A stretch of 64,000 bases of DNA from Nitrosopumilus sp. (GTDB taxonomy: Archaea; Thermoproteota; Nitrososphaeria; Nitrososphaerales; Nitrosopumilaceae): the NCBI GenBank assembly GCA_965204345.1, contig OZ241981.1, positions 1,504,001-1,568,000 of the forward strand. The letters run 5' to 3'. The translations under genes were made by a program, and so were the position numbers. Under the pieces are notes generated by a model that saw nothing but the letters and a program-made list of their open reading frames with translations, was not told the origin of the DNA and did not search any database. Shown here piece after piece: positions 49,140-58,850 of this stretch. Each line of letters opens with the position of its first letter. Position 1 is the first letter of the stretch.

Positions 49140-50102
49140 TTGCCGAACAAATTTTCTATAACTGACAGCATCAAGCGAGCAAGAACAAGTTTTTCACACA
49201 TTTACAATGACGGTTTGGAAAAATCCATCGGAGATATCTGGTCCATCAAGAAATTTCTCTTGCTTGACTATTACATGCCTGTTTTCATATCTATCGTAAG
49301 CAACAATAATTTCAAGGAATTTTATTATGCAGATCCTTTTTGCGGTTCGGGAAAGTTTGCAGATTTTAAGGATCCTATCTTGAAAAAAGAATCTTTTCCA
49401 GGTTCTGCGCTAATTGGAGCACTAAATGCATCATGTTTGGGATATACCGGCTGTATTTTCTCTGATACTAATTCGGCTTATGTTGATTCATTTAATGCTC
49501 GCTTGGAGAAAAGTAAGATTATTCCAAATAATATTTCTTACAAGGCAGACACTATGGACTTTGAAAATACTGTAAAGAAAATCTTGGCGATGAGAAAATA
49601 TCAGGTTGCAATTCTTGTTTTGATAGACCCTGCTGCATATGTTCCGATTAAGTGGCATCTTATGGAGAAGTTATCTAAAGAGATTGGCGTAGACATTATC
49701 CTTAATTTTTACACTCACAGAATAGCACAGAATGTTTCTGCTACAAAGAAAAACAAGAGTGTAGAAAAGAATCTTGATGAGTTTTTTGGCGATGATTCTT
49801 GGAAGAAAATCAGAGACGGTCCAAGGTCCTCTTCTTTGGGAGAAAAATTGCTAGCACTTTACTTGGAAAAGATTCGTGTAGCATCTAAAAAAAATGTAAT
49901 AGATATAGGGGTGTACAAAGAGGGATCTCAGAAACTGTATGATTTGATTGTAATTACAAGAAGTCATGCAGGTGCAAAAGTAATAACAGATGCAAAAGAA
50001 GTGATGAGAAACGCTACTACTGAAGCTATAAAGCGTGAGCTCAAGACTCAGATTACGTCACAGACAAGACTCTTTTCTAATTCATCAAAAGACTTTGCGT
50101 AA
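49140..50102 (+). CDS. tcmP: Three-Cys-motif partner protein (TcmP-like, methyltransferase fold)
   Basis: WSIKK..LL.YY, YADPFCGSG, GSAL, LIDP and FFG..SW motifs; adjacent to DUF5131, its usual partner. Confidence 0.8.
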   Translation: MPNKFSITDSIKRARTSFSHIYNDGLEKSIGDIWSIKKFLLLDYYMPVFISIVSNNNFKEFYYADPFCGSGKFADFKDPILKKESFPGSALIGALNASCLGYTGCIFSDTNSAYVDSFNARLEKSKIIPNNISYKADTMDFENTVKKILAMRKYQVAILVLIDPAAYVPIKWHLMEKLSKEIGVDIILNFYTHRIAQNVSATKKNKSVEKNLDEFFGDDSWKKIRDGPRSSSLGEKLLALYLEKIRVASKKNVIDIGVYKEGSQKLYDLIVITRSHAGAKVITDAKEVMRNATTEAIKRELKTQITSQTRLFSNSSKDFA

Positions 50103-50350
50103 AAAGATATGATTGTGGATAAGAGAAGATCTGCAAAAGAACAGCAAAAAAGGGATTCTAGTAAATTTTGATGATCTGATCACCGGAAATTAACAGCAAA
50201 TTGCAAGAGATGATTTTCTTAAAAATTACCAAGTTTTAATCATCAAAAAATCTCAAAGTACAACTCAGAGATTACTAAATATGTGAATTATGACATAGAT
50301 CACCAAAATTTACCAGAACCGGATTGAGCTAGGAATTTAAACAAAATTAG

Positions 50351-50428
50351 TGGCGCCCTCGGCGGGATTTGAACACGCGTCTCAGCCGTGACAGGGCCGA
50401 ATTCTAGACCGGGCTATACTACAAGGGC
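50351..50428 (-). tRNA. tRNA-Asp(GTC)
   Basis: GCCCTTG...CTGTCAC...GTTCAAATCCCGCCGAGGGCGCCA cloverleaf with encoded CCA. Confidence 0.95.
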
Positions 50429-50524
50429 ACAAGTTGTTTGAAATAAAATGCCCGATTAAAAGTTTCTGTCATAACAAAATCTTTTGTAAAAGACTAAATT
50501 ATACAGTAAAGGCATTTTTTACGA

Positions 50525-50598
50525 GGGTCTATGGCGCAGCCAGGTAGCGCACCGGACTTTTAATCCGGTTGTCAAGGGTCCGAATCCCTTTAGACCCG
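50525..50598 (+). tRNA. tRNA-Lys(TTT)
   Basis: GGGTCTA/TAGACCC acceptor stem; CCGGA-CTTTTAA-TCCGG anticodon arm. Confidence 0.93.
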
Positions 50599-52156
50599 CT
50601 TCTCTTTTATCTCATTTTCAAGGCTCAAAAGTACCATGATGACCGATTGAAATCTATAGTAGTCTTGTAGGACATAGTATAATCATGTCAAAGACGTTCA
50701 AACTTTCAATAGATGATCGTATAACTTAGCACTAGGAGAATCTACGCGTTTTTTTATATCCTTTTTACCGCAGTCTATCTTTAAAATAGCATTATTTTTC
50801 AAATTTTTTATTTGATTTTAAGATGATATACCTTTTCAATGAAAGGAATTGCATTTTTTATATCGTCTTTATTATTGATTTCAGACATATAATCACCAAT
50901 TCCCCAGTGACCAATTTTTTCTCCATTTTTTTTACGCATGTATCTAACAAATTTTGATTCAGGCATAATGTCTTTCTTGCTTGTAGAATAACAGCATTTC
51001 AGTTTGACCGTAGATATCTCAAGTGTACATATTGCAGAGCCATTAGTATTAGAATAGAATCCACCATACCTACTTTTTTGTTTAAATTCTAAATCAGGAA
51101 ATTTTTCCAAAATACGATTTTTCATTAACTTGTATAATCTTCTTGCAGATTCTTTTGGTATTCTGTTTCGAAAATATTTTCCGGCAAGATAATCATCTTC
51201 AGAATATTCATCCAGTCTTTGAGGACGATTTGTTTTTGTTTTTGAGGAATCTATTCTACTTTTCTGAATTTTTTCTAGGATTATAATGTCATCTTCAAAT
51301 CGACTAATCTTGTATAGATCAATTGGATCCTTTGTTCTGTTTGCAGACCGTAGTTGATGTAGGGTGAATTCTGGTGCAATAATGATCACCTTTGATTCTT
51401 CCCATTCAACATCATTCATCTTGAGTGATTTACTTTTTTCATTATTGTATAACAAAAGAAAAGCTTCTTTTTTATCTTCCAACAAATCAAGATATGCCAT
51501 TCCTTGATCTAATACTCCTCCATGTTTGATGTTCTTGTATTCAATTATGACAAAAGAGTTTGATTCTTTGTTGAATGCAACAGAATCAATCCTTAAACCA
51601 TCCAAAGAAAATTCAGTATAAATAAATTCCAATTCAGGGAAAATTATTTCAATATTTCTTTCAACTAATGTTTGAATCATCTTTTCATAGTCAAATGCCC
51701 TCTTTTTATCACCGATTTCTTTAATGCCCGTAAATCCGGATGGTTTAGATTGAAAAATCATTACACCCATATGAAAATATGAAATTTTAATTTTTTATAA
51801 ATAGATCGATTGAATTCACTAAAGAGATTCATTAATCTATACATTCTGAAAGATTTGAAATCATCGTATAAGATTTGAAATCAATATACTCACAAACTAA
51901 AACCAGATGAACTATTGATCAAGAGTTTAGAAAATAGGTTAGAATTACGGACAGAAAAATCCAGAACAATTAGAGACAAATACTTTTTTTGCTTCCTCAA
52001 TATGTTTACAAGGATTAGAATATGTCTTAGGTGCCATTCCAAAAAATCAATAATTTATTAGATCATCAAATAGCCTCTATCTAAAACAGTAGGTGCTCTA
52101 TTTCATGAAATGAATTTGAAACAGGCAATATCAGAGCAAATAATCCGTTTAGACCC
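50583..52156. mobile_element. Mini-island at the tRNA-Lys 3' end
   Basis: AATCCCTTTAGACCC (50583-50597) recurs as AATCCGTTTAGACCC (52142-52156), 14/15, bracketing an AT-rich nuclease gene. Confidence 0.6.
50808..51770 (-). CDS. PD-(D/E)xK nuclease (NucS/DUF91-like) with DUF5655-like C-terminal domain
   Basis: E..IQ, RIDSVAF..IIEYK, DQGMAY and IIIAPEF motifs; C-terminal GHWGIGD. Confidence 0.75.
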   Translation of the reverse strand: MGVMIFQSKPSGFTGIKEIGDKKRAFDYEKMIQTLVERNIEIIFPELEFIYTEFSLDGLRIDSVAFNKESNSFVIIEYKNIKHGGVLDQGMAYLDLLEDKKEAFLLLYNNEKSKSLKMNDVEWEESKVIIIAPEFTLHQLRSANRTKDPIDLYKISRFEDDIIILEKIQKSRIDSSKTKTNRPQRLDEYSEDDYLAGKYFRNRIPKESARRLYKLMKNRILEKFPDLEFKQKSRYGGFYSNTNGSAICTLEISTVKLKCCYSTSKKDIMPESKFVRYMRKKNGEKIGHWGIGDYMSEINNKDDIKNAIPFIEKVYHLKIK

Positions 52157-52171
52157 TCTCTCTTACTTTAA

Positions 52172-53632
52172 TCATCCAATAATTTTCTGGACTTGTTTTT
52201 CTAGGGAACTAATTGATGAGATGATCTTGTTTTCCCGATCAGATACATCTGTTCGGTACTGGTTGATTTTTTGAGTTCTCTCAGAAATCATCCTTTTTTG
52301 CTCATCATATCCAGACGAACCGTGTGATCTTCTATCCTTAAGGGAGGAAACAACAGTTGTTGTACTGATGATTCCTGAGACAATTTTAGGATCAACCTTG
52401 GTACCCTCTACTGATTTTTTGATTTGCTGCAAAGTCAGCTTTGATATGGGTTTTTTTGAACCGTGTGCTAACTGAACCAAAATTCCTGAAATTTTATGGG
52501 TGACCCTAAACGGAATGCCTTGCTGAACCAGTTTTTCAGCTATATCCAATGCGATAAGATTGCTGGATTCTGTGGTCCTTTTCATCTGTTTTTCATTTAC
52601 CTTTAAAGTTAACAGAATAGATTTTAAAATCAGCAGCGCACTAATGGAAATCTCTGATGTGGACCAGATTGATGACTTTATCTGCTGTAAATCACGTCCG
52701 TATCCGGATGCCAGGCCTTTAACAGTAGTTAAAATCGCAGTCAAATTCCCAATAACCTCGGCAGTCTTGCCCCTGGTCAGTTCCAAGATATCGGGATTCT
52801 TTTTTTGAGGCATTACGCTTGAAGGAGACGTAAACTCATCTGAGAGCTCAATAAACGAAAACTCAGAGGTAGACCAGATTACAAAGTCTTCGGATATCTT
52901 GCTTAGATTAGTCATCAGAATAGAAACCATTGCAACATATTCTGCTACAAAATCACGCGTACTAGTAGCATCAATAGAGTTCTCAACAAGACTGTCAAAA
53001 CCCAGCATCCTTGCTGTACTGTGTCTGTCAATTGGAATGCTTGTTCCACCTACGGGCCCTGCGCCAAGGGGACTCTGATTTACTCTCCCAAACGTTCCAA
53101 ACAGTCTTTCAAAGTCTCGCGTTAGTACATCAGCATGTGCTAAAAGATAATGAGAAAACAGGCCTGCCTGAGCCTGCTGAAGGTGTGTGTACAATGGCAT
53201 GATTGTTTTTTGGTGATTTTTAGCCACAGAAACAAGGGCCTCAATGGTATCTAAAAGGCAGTTACATAGAGTATTGATATCATCTCTGATCTTCATTCGT
53301 ATGTCCAAAACAACTTGATCGTTGCGGGATCTTGCAGTATGCATCTTGCCGCCGCTTGCCATGCCAGCTTTCTTTATTACCAACGTCTCAATTAGCTCAT
53401 GAATATCCTCAGCGCCAGACGCTGCATCAAGTTTCTCATTTTTTAAGCTCTCTAAGGCAGATAAAATTTTTTTGGCATCATTTTTTGTAATAATGTTGTT
53501 TTGAAACAACATCAGGGAATGAGCCTGACTTCCAAGAATATCATATAGTGAGATTTGAGAGTCATCATTAATAGAGGAAACATAATCCAGAGTAATCTCA
53601 CTCAGACCGGTACCAAGACGGGAACGATACAT
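52172..53632 (-). CDS. argH: Argininosuccinate lyase
   Basis: EDIH, HTARSRNDQ, YTHLQQAQ and SSVMPQKKNPD motifs. Confidence 0.96.
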   Translation of the reverse strand: MYRSRLGTGLSEITLDYVSSINDDSQISLYDILGSQAHSLMLFQNNIITKNDAKKILSALESLKNEKLDAASGAEDIHELIETLVIKKAGMASGGKMHTARSRNDQVVLDIRMKIRDDINTLCNCLLDTIEALVSVAKNHQKTIMPLYTHLQQAQAGLFSHYLLAHADVLTRDFERLFGTFGRVNQSPLGAGPVGGTSIPIDRHSTARMLGFDSLVENSIDATSTRDFVAEYVAMVSILMTNLSKISEDFVIWSTSEFSFIELSDEFTSPSSVMPQKKNPDILELTRGKTAEVIGNLTAILTTVKGLASGYGRDLQQIKSSIWSTSEISISALLILKSILLTLKVNEKQMKRTTESSNLIALDIAEKLVQQGIPFRVTHKISGILVQLAHGSKKPISKLTLQQIKKSVEGTKVDPKIVSGIISTTTVVSSLKDRRSHGSSGYDEQKRMISERTQKINQYRTDVSDRENKIISSISSLEKQVQKIIG

Positions 53633-53681
53633 TATCTAAGGTTCTAAAATGGTTATATATAGGATCGTTGGTTCTGACGAC

Positions 53682-54005
53682 ATGAGCCAAGATATCAAAC
53701 AGATGCGAGTAAAAATATTTGACGAGTTATCCAAGATTGTAGATCCTGAAATCAATACGTCAATTGTAGAGCTGGAACTAATTGATGAGGTTGACATCAA
53801 CGACAGCAATGTCAAAGTTGACTTGCATCTTACCAGTCCGTTCTGTCCGGCAGTATTTGGTTTTAAGATTTGCCAGGATGTTCACGACAACCTGCTTAAA
53901 GTGGAAGGGGTCAATGACGTTAAGGTAAATGTCTCAAATCACTTTATGGCAGAACAGATTAACAATCAGGTAAACAACAGCCCAAATCCAAAAAAATTAG
54001 GCTAG
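53682..54005 (+). CDS. DUF59/SufT (MIP18) Fe-S assembly protein
   Basis: VDPEINTSIVELELI and LTSPFCP motifs. Confidence 0.9.
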   Translation: MSQDIKQMRVKIFDELSKIVDPEINTSIVELELIDEVDINDSNVKVDLHLTSPFCPAVFGFKICQDVHDNLLKVEGVNDVKVNVSNHFMAEQINNQVNNSPNPKKLG

Positions 54006-54769
54006 TCTCTAAAACCCAGCATGTAACCCCGGAGTAACTGGATTCCCATTGCAGGGTCAACACCCTTTGGACATACCTGACTGCAAGAACCGGCAAAGTG
54101 ACATCTCCAAATTCCATGAGAGTCATCAATTATCTTTAATCTGGAATCCTTTCCCTTGTCCCTGCTGTCAGCAACGTAACGATATGCCTGGGCCAGTGCC
54201 TGAGGCCCGACAAAAGACGAATCAGTAGCCATTGTAGGACATGCAGAGTTGCACAAACCGCATTTGATACAGTTTGCAAATTGTATGTACTGCTCAACCT
54301 CTTCAGGAGACTGTAGGAACTCTTTTTCATCTGAGACTAGTTCTGTGCCATCACGAATCAAAAACGGTTTGATCTTCTGGTGCGTGTCAAATAATTTTTC
54401 AAACTTGACTGCAAGATCACGGATAACTGGAAAATTGTTCATAGGTTCGACAGTTACGACATTTGAGTTTAGCTCGCTAATTTTTGTAAAGCATGCAAGC
54501 CTGGGCTTTCCGTTAATCATCATTCCGCATGAGCCACACGTGGCCTGCCTGCAAGAATAACGGACTGCCACTGAATGATCAAGGTGCTTCTTTACATCAA
54601 GAATTGCCTCAAGAACCGTTGTCCATTTCTCATACGGCACAGAAAACTCCATAAAACTCTTGGATTCGTCGTGTTCCGGATTGAACCTTGAGATTCTAAG
54701 GGTGACAGACTTTGCAGAAGACAGTGGCGTGGAGGTCTGCTCATCTGCAATACTTGCCAGCTGTGCCAT
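54002..54769 (-). CDS. sdhB: Succinate dehydrogenase Fe-S subunit
   Basis: SCRQATCGSC, CIKCGLCNSACP and CHFAGSCSQVCPKG motifs. Confidence 0.95.
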   Translation of the reverse strand: MAQLASIADEQTSTPLSSAKSVTLRISRFNPEHDESKSFMEFSVPYEKWTTVLEAILDVKKHLDHSVAVRYSCRQATCGSCGMMINGKPRLACFTKISELNSNVVTVEPMNNFPVIRDLAVKFEKLFDTHQKIKPFLIRDGTELVSDEKEFLQSPEEVEQYIQFANCIKCGLCNSACPTMATDSSFVGPQALAQAYRYVADSRDKGKDSRLKIIDDSHGIWRCHFAGSCSQVCPKGVDPAMGIQLLRGYMLGFRD

Positions 54770-54771
54770 TC

Positions 54772-55116
54772 CTATACTGCCCCCATGTTAGTCATAATAA
54801 TTGTTCTTGAACCGTAGGCTATTAACCCAATCATTGCAGCCAGGCAGCCATAAGAGACAGCTTTCTCATAGGTTCTTCCCTGTCTTAATTCCAACAAAAT
54901 AACCCTCAATCCATTGAATCCGTGAACAGAAAGCAAGATTAAGATTAGTTCAAGCATTATGGCATAGGGAATGAATCTGTAATTGGCAAGAACGCTTTCG
55001 TACTCTAAGGATTCTGCAAATCCCTGGGTTAGGCGCATCAAAATATGGACTGCCACCAGTGCAACAGCTGCCAAAGCCGTTCCATAGTGAATTTTCATTA
55101 TTGTGCTTTCTCTCAT
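54772..55116 (-). CDS. sdhD: Succinate dehydrogenase membrane anchor
   Basis: Three TM segments, HGFNGLRVIL motif and operon position. Confidence 0.85.
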   Translation of the reverse strand: MRESTIMKIHYGTALAAVALVAVHILMRLTQGFAESLEYESVLANYRFIPYAIMLELILILLSVHGFNGLRVILLELRQGRTYEKAVSYGCLAAMIGLIAYGSRTIIMTNMGAV

Positions 55117-55117
55117 G

Positions 55118-55549
55118 TTACTCACCAAACATTACCGCCAGACCATACATCATTGCAAGTGCTGCAAGGACTATTGCCGAATAGATGCCTATCTTGTGCC
55201 TATAGTTCTGTGATGCCGGATCATATGGATAGTCAGGTCTTGCAGGCCTTCCTACGCCGACTCCGCCGTGCCCTAGCATCACTCTAATTCCGTTTACCGT
55301 GTGAAATACACACATTCCAATGACTAGTGCCAAAAATACGTGTCCTTCTGTAGTCTGAGTCAGATCAAGAAACTCATTCCAGCCGACTCGTCCCCTCAGA
55401 ATATTGCTTGTCTCATAAATGTGGGCTACAAAATAGATCAACAATCCCAATCCGCTTAGTCTCATCAGCCAGTATGCAACACGCTCAATCCCGTATCGGG
55501 TTGGATTGGCCATTCCTTTGATGCCCTCTTTGTGTTCATCCTTGGTCAT
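55118..55549 (-). CDS. sdhC: Succinate dehydrogenase cytochrome b subunit
   Basis: RLSG..L..Y...H and FHTVNGIR motifs. Confidence 0.88.
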   Translation of the reverse strand: MTKDEHKEGIKGMANPTRYGIERVAYWLMRLSGLGLLIYFVAHIYETSNILRGRVGWNEFLDLTQTTEGHVFLALVIGMCVFHTVNGIRVMLGHGGVGVGRPARPDYPYDPASQNYRHKIGIYSAIVLAALAMMYGLAVMFGE

Positions 55550-55551
55550 TT

Positions 55552-57264
55552 CTAGTATTTCCTCTCCACTGGCTGATACTTTGTAATTGTGACCGGGTGG
55601 GTCTTCATAATTGGCACATCAGGATCATAATAAGCAAGGGTATGATGTAAAAAGTTGACATCATCACGTTTTGTATAATCAGTTCTTGCATGAGCGCCAC
55701 GAGACTCTCTTCTATTAATTGCACCAAGCAGCACAATCTCTGCCACCCTGAACATGGAATCAAGTTCCATCACGTTTGCAAAGTTGGTATTGTACTCTTT
55801 TGCCTTGTCATCTACATGTTTCCAGGCCTGCTGTTTTAATTCGCGGATTTTTTTAAGACCCTCAACCAGATCAGTCTCATTTCTGTAAACATATGCCTTG
55901 TCATTCATGGTATCTGTAAGCTGTTGTCTGACCTCATATGGATTGATGCCCCCGCCTCCCCGGAATATTCCGTCATAGATCCTCTTTTCTTCGGCTGCAA
56001 CCAGGTGATGTGGCCAGGGATTAGTCTGTGGATTGCTCCGGATGTAATCAACTGCCAACTCCCCTGTAATCTTTCCCCAAACGATGCATTCTGAAGTGGA
56101 GTTTGCACCCAGACGATTAGAGCCATGAACGCTGTTGCATGCAGCCTCGCCGGCAGCCCAGACTCCCTGGATTTCAGTTGCCCCATCAATGTTAGTATGA
56201 AGTCCGCCCATCATGTAATGGCAGACAGGCCGAATATCAAGCAAGTCAGTGGCAGGGTCCTGGCCTGAAAACTTTATGGATATTTCCCTGATTCCGCCCA
56301 GCTTCTCTTTGATTTTTTCATCCCCAAGATGTCTCAAATCAAGCTTCATACAATCAACACCTGTCTCATGTTTAAAGCCGCGACCTTCCTGAATTTCTGT
56401 CATAATTGATCTGGATACAATATCACGTGGAGCCAACTCCATTTTACCTGCCGCATATGTCCTCATAAATCGTTCACCCCTATTGTTAAGAAGATAGCCG
56501 CCTTCCCCCCTTGCACCTTCTGTAATTAAAATTCCAGATGGCAAAATTCCCGTCGGATGAAACTGGACAAACTCCATATCCTTGAGAGCAATGCCTGCAC
56601 GCAATCCCATATCCAAGCCATCAGGAGTAGAGGATAGGGCATAGGTTGAAAAGCTGTACAGCCGTCCGGCACCGCCGGTTGCAATGATTAGTGCCCTTCC
56701 CCTGATCTTGTAAAATATGCCAGAACCCAATTCAATTGCAGTGACTCCCATGAACCGCCTCCCGTCATGAACAATTGATGTTACAAACCATTCATTGAGA
56801 TATTCGATATTTTCAAATTTCTGACACGTGTCATACAGAGTCTGCATCTCAAAGAATCCTACCTTGTCAGATGCATAGGTTGCCCTAGGAAAGCTATAGC
56901 CGCCAAAATTTCGCTGATCAATTCTGCCATCACGCCTTCTAGACCATGGCATGCCCCAATGATCTAATTGATGAATTTCTTGGGGCGTTTCAACACACAA
57001 CCTTTCGGCAACGTCCTGATCTGCAAGAAAATCACTTCCTTTGACAGTATCATAAACGTGCGACTCTATTGTGTCGCCTTCATCCTCAAAAAGAACCGCG
57101 GCAGTTCCGCCCTCTGCAGAAACAGAATGAGAACGCATTACCTGTACCTTGGATACAATGCCAATTTTGAGATGGGGGCCCTTTCTTGCAGCAGCTATAG
57201 CTGCCCGCAGACCTGCAAGACCAGAACCACAAATAATCAGATCAAATTCGATAGACTCTGTCAT
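55552..57264 (-). CDS. sdhA: Succinate dehydrogenase flavoprotein
   Basis: GSGLAG, RSHSVSAEGG, QFHPTG, HYMMGG, HGSNRLG and ESRGAH motifs. Confidence 0.96.
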   Translation of the reverse strand: MTESIEFDLIICGSGLAGLRAAIAAARKGPHLKIGIVSKVQVMRSHSVSAEGGTAAVLFEDEGDTIESHVYDTVKGSDFLADQDVAERLCVETPQEIHQLDHWGMPWSRRRDGRIDQRNFGGYSFPRATYASDKVGFFEMQTLYDTCQKFENIEYLNEWFVTSIVHDGRRFMGVTAIELGSGIFYKIRGRALIIATGGAGRLYSFSTYALSSTPDGLDMGLRAGIALKDMEFVQFHPTGILPSGILITEGARGEGGYLLNNRGERFMRTYAAGKMELAPRDIVSRSIMTEIQEGRGFKHETGVDCMKLDLRHLGDEKIKEKLGGIREISIKFSGQDPATDLLDIRPVCHYMMGGLHTNIDGATEIQGVWAAGEAACNSVHGSNRLGANSTSECIVWGKITGELAVDYIRSNPQTNPWPHHLVAAEEKRIYDGIFRGGGGINPYEVRQQLTDTMNDKAYVYRNETDLVEGLKKIRELKQQAWKHVDDKAKEYNTNFANVMELDSMFRVAEIVLLGAINRRESRGAHARTDYTKRDDVNFLHHTLAYYDPDVPIMKTHPVTITKYQPVERKY

Positions 57265-57335
57265 TTTTCAGTCAAACTTGCTTGTGGCGGGATAAATATG
57301 TAGTAATTGCTAGGCAGCAATCAAAATATTAAAAT

Positions 57336-57361
57336 ATATCACTAGTGATATCACTAGTGAT
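57336..57361. promoter_or_regulatory. Tandem palindromes (ATCACTAGTGAT x2), putative PadR operator
   Basis: Perfect 12-bp palindromes at 57338-57349 and 57350-57361, overlapping the PadR start in the sdhA/padR divergent region. Confidence 0.6.
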
Positions 57362-57866
57362 GATCTCTGAATGGTTTGAAAGAGTAGGCAGCTCAGTCCC
57401 CAGGGGATTTTCGAGGTATTTCATTTTAGAATTGCTCAAAAAGACTCCGCATACCGGAAAAGAGATAATTGATTATGCAGTAAAACAAAGTAACGGGATT
57501 TGGAAACCATCACCCGGACTAATCTATCCGTTACTGGGGAGATTGTTAGATGAGGGACTAGTTGAGGAAACCAAGGATGGCAGATATCAGCTAACAAAAA
57601 AAGGAAGGGATACAGCAGATGATGTCGATAAAATAAACGATATTGTAAAGAAGCAGCTAGAGGTATTGTTCAGGCTAGGAAACGTGGGAAGATTCGTTGC
57701 AATAGATCTGCTAGAAAAGATTTCAACTATGGGCTCCATTGTAAGCTCTAATTTTGCAAACATGACCGAAGATGAAACCAAAAAATACAAACAATTTCTA
57801 GAGTCAGAACTAAAGAAGGTTCAAGAAAAAGGCACAAAGAAGAAAGATGACAAAGGTCAGGACTGA
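57360..57866 (+). CDS. PadR-family transcriptional regulator
   Basis: ILELLKKTPHTGKEI, WKPSPGLIYPLL and YQLTKKG motifs. Confidence 0.9.
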   Translation: MISEWFERVGSSVPRGFSRYFILELLKKTPHTGKEIIDYAVKQSNGIWKPSPGLIYPLLGRLLDEGLVEETKDGRYQLTKKGRDTADDVDKINDIVKKQLEVLFRLGNVGRFVAIDLLEKISTMGSIVSSNFANMTEDETKKYKQFLESELKKVQEKGTKKKDDKGQD

Positions 57867-57957
57867 ATACAAGCTGATTTCCGGCTCTTAAGAAGGCAGG
57901 CCATTTTTTTTAAATTCTGGATTAAAGTCATAAATAATTCAGAAGGGAAGCTCAAGT

Positions 57958-58824
57958 ATGAAAAATTTGAGGAATATGCTAAAGTCAAACAAACCGCTTG
58001 TAATACCCGGAGTCTATGATGCACTAGGTGCAAAAATTGCTCAAAAAGTGGGGTTTGATGCAATGTTTCAAACAGGCTATGGAACCTCTGCAACCCTGTT
58101 TGGAATGCCCGACTATGGGTTTATCGGAGCTACAGAAACAGTAGACAATGCCAGAAGAATATGCAGGGCAGTATCAGTACCGGTAATTGTTGACTCAGAC
58201 ACAGGATATGGAAACGCACTAAGCGTATGGAAATTGGTAAAAGAGTTGGAGACGGCAGGGGCAGCAGGCATCTTCCTAGAGGATCAAAGGTGGCCTAAAA
58301 GATGCGGACACATGCAAGGAAAAGAGGTGATTTCACAGGAGGAATATACAGAAAAATTATCAGCAGCAGTTGATGCAAGAGAAAACAAAGATTTCATAAT
58401 AGTTGCTAGGACAGACGCGAGGGCAACTGAGGGACTCGATGAGGCAATTCAGAGGAGCAAGCAAAACAAGGAGACAGGTGCCGATGTAATCTTTGTCGAA
58501 GCGCCAAAGTCACTAGATGAGATGAGAAAAATCGGAAGAGAGATCAGCGCACCGCTAGTTGCAAATATGATTGAGGGCGGAGCTACGCCGCTAAGCTCAG
58601 CTGACGTACTAAACAAAATGGGATTCAAGATAGTTCTGTATCCGCTGTCAGTATTATATGCCAGCACGTTTGCAACGATGAATATTCTAACCGAGTTAAA
58701 AAAGACAGGCAGCACCGCAAGGCATAAACGAAAAATTGTAAACTTTGATCAGTTCAACGACTTGGTGGAATTATCAAAGTTTAGGAACATGGAGAAGAGA
58801 TACGGAAAATCAAAAAGAGGATAA
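57958..58824 (+). CDS. Isocitrate lyase/PEP mutase family (methylisocitrate lyase-like)
   Basis: DSDTGYG, EDQ..PKRCGH and ARTDA motifs. Confidence 0.9.
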   Translation: MKNLRNMLKSNKPLVIPGVYDALGAKIAQKVGFDAMFQTGYGTSATLFGMPDYGFIGATETVDNARRICRAVSVPVIVDSDTGYGNALSVWKLVKELETAGAAGIFLEDQRWPKRCGHMQGKEVISQEEYTEKLSAAVDARENKDFIIVARTDARATEGLDEAIQRSKQNKETGADVIFVEAPKSLDEMRKIGREISAPLVANMIEGGATPLSSADVLNKMGFKIVLYPLSVLYASTFATMNILTELKKTGSTARHKRKIVNFDQFNDLVELSKFRNMEKRYGKSKRG

Positions 58825-58850
58825 AATAAAAAATTTCAAGTAAAGTACGA

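Larger units (their letters stand above)
35002..50373. mobile_element. Composite genomic (defence) island integrated at the tRNA-Asp 3' end
   Basis: Degenerate direct copies of the tRNA-Asp 3' end at 35002, 35918 and 47895. Contains a tyrosine recombinase, R-M genes, TA remnants and AT-rich eroded DNA. Confidence 0.8.

Noticed and set aside
51850-51883. 14-bp direct repeat AAGATTTGAAATCA x2
   Set aside because: Short, AT-rich and in eroded DNA; no supporting context.
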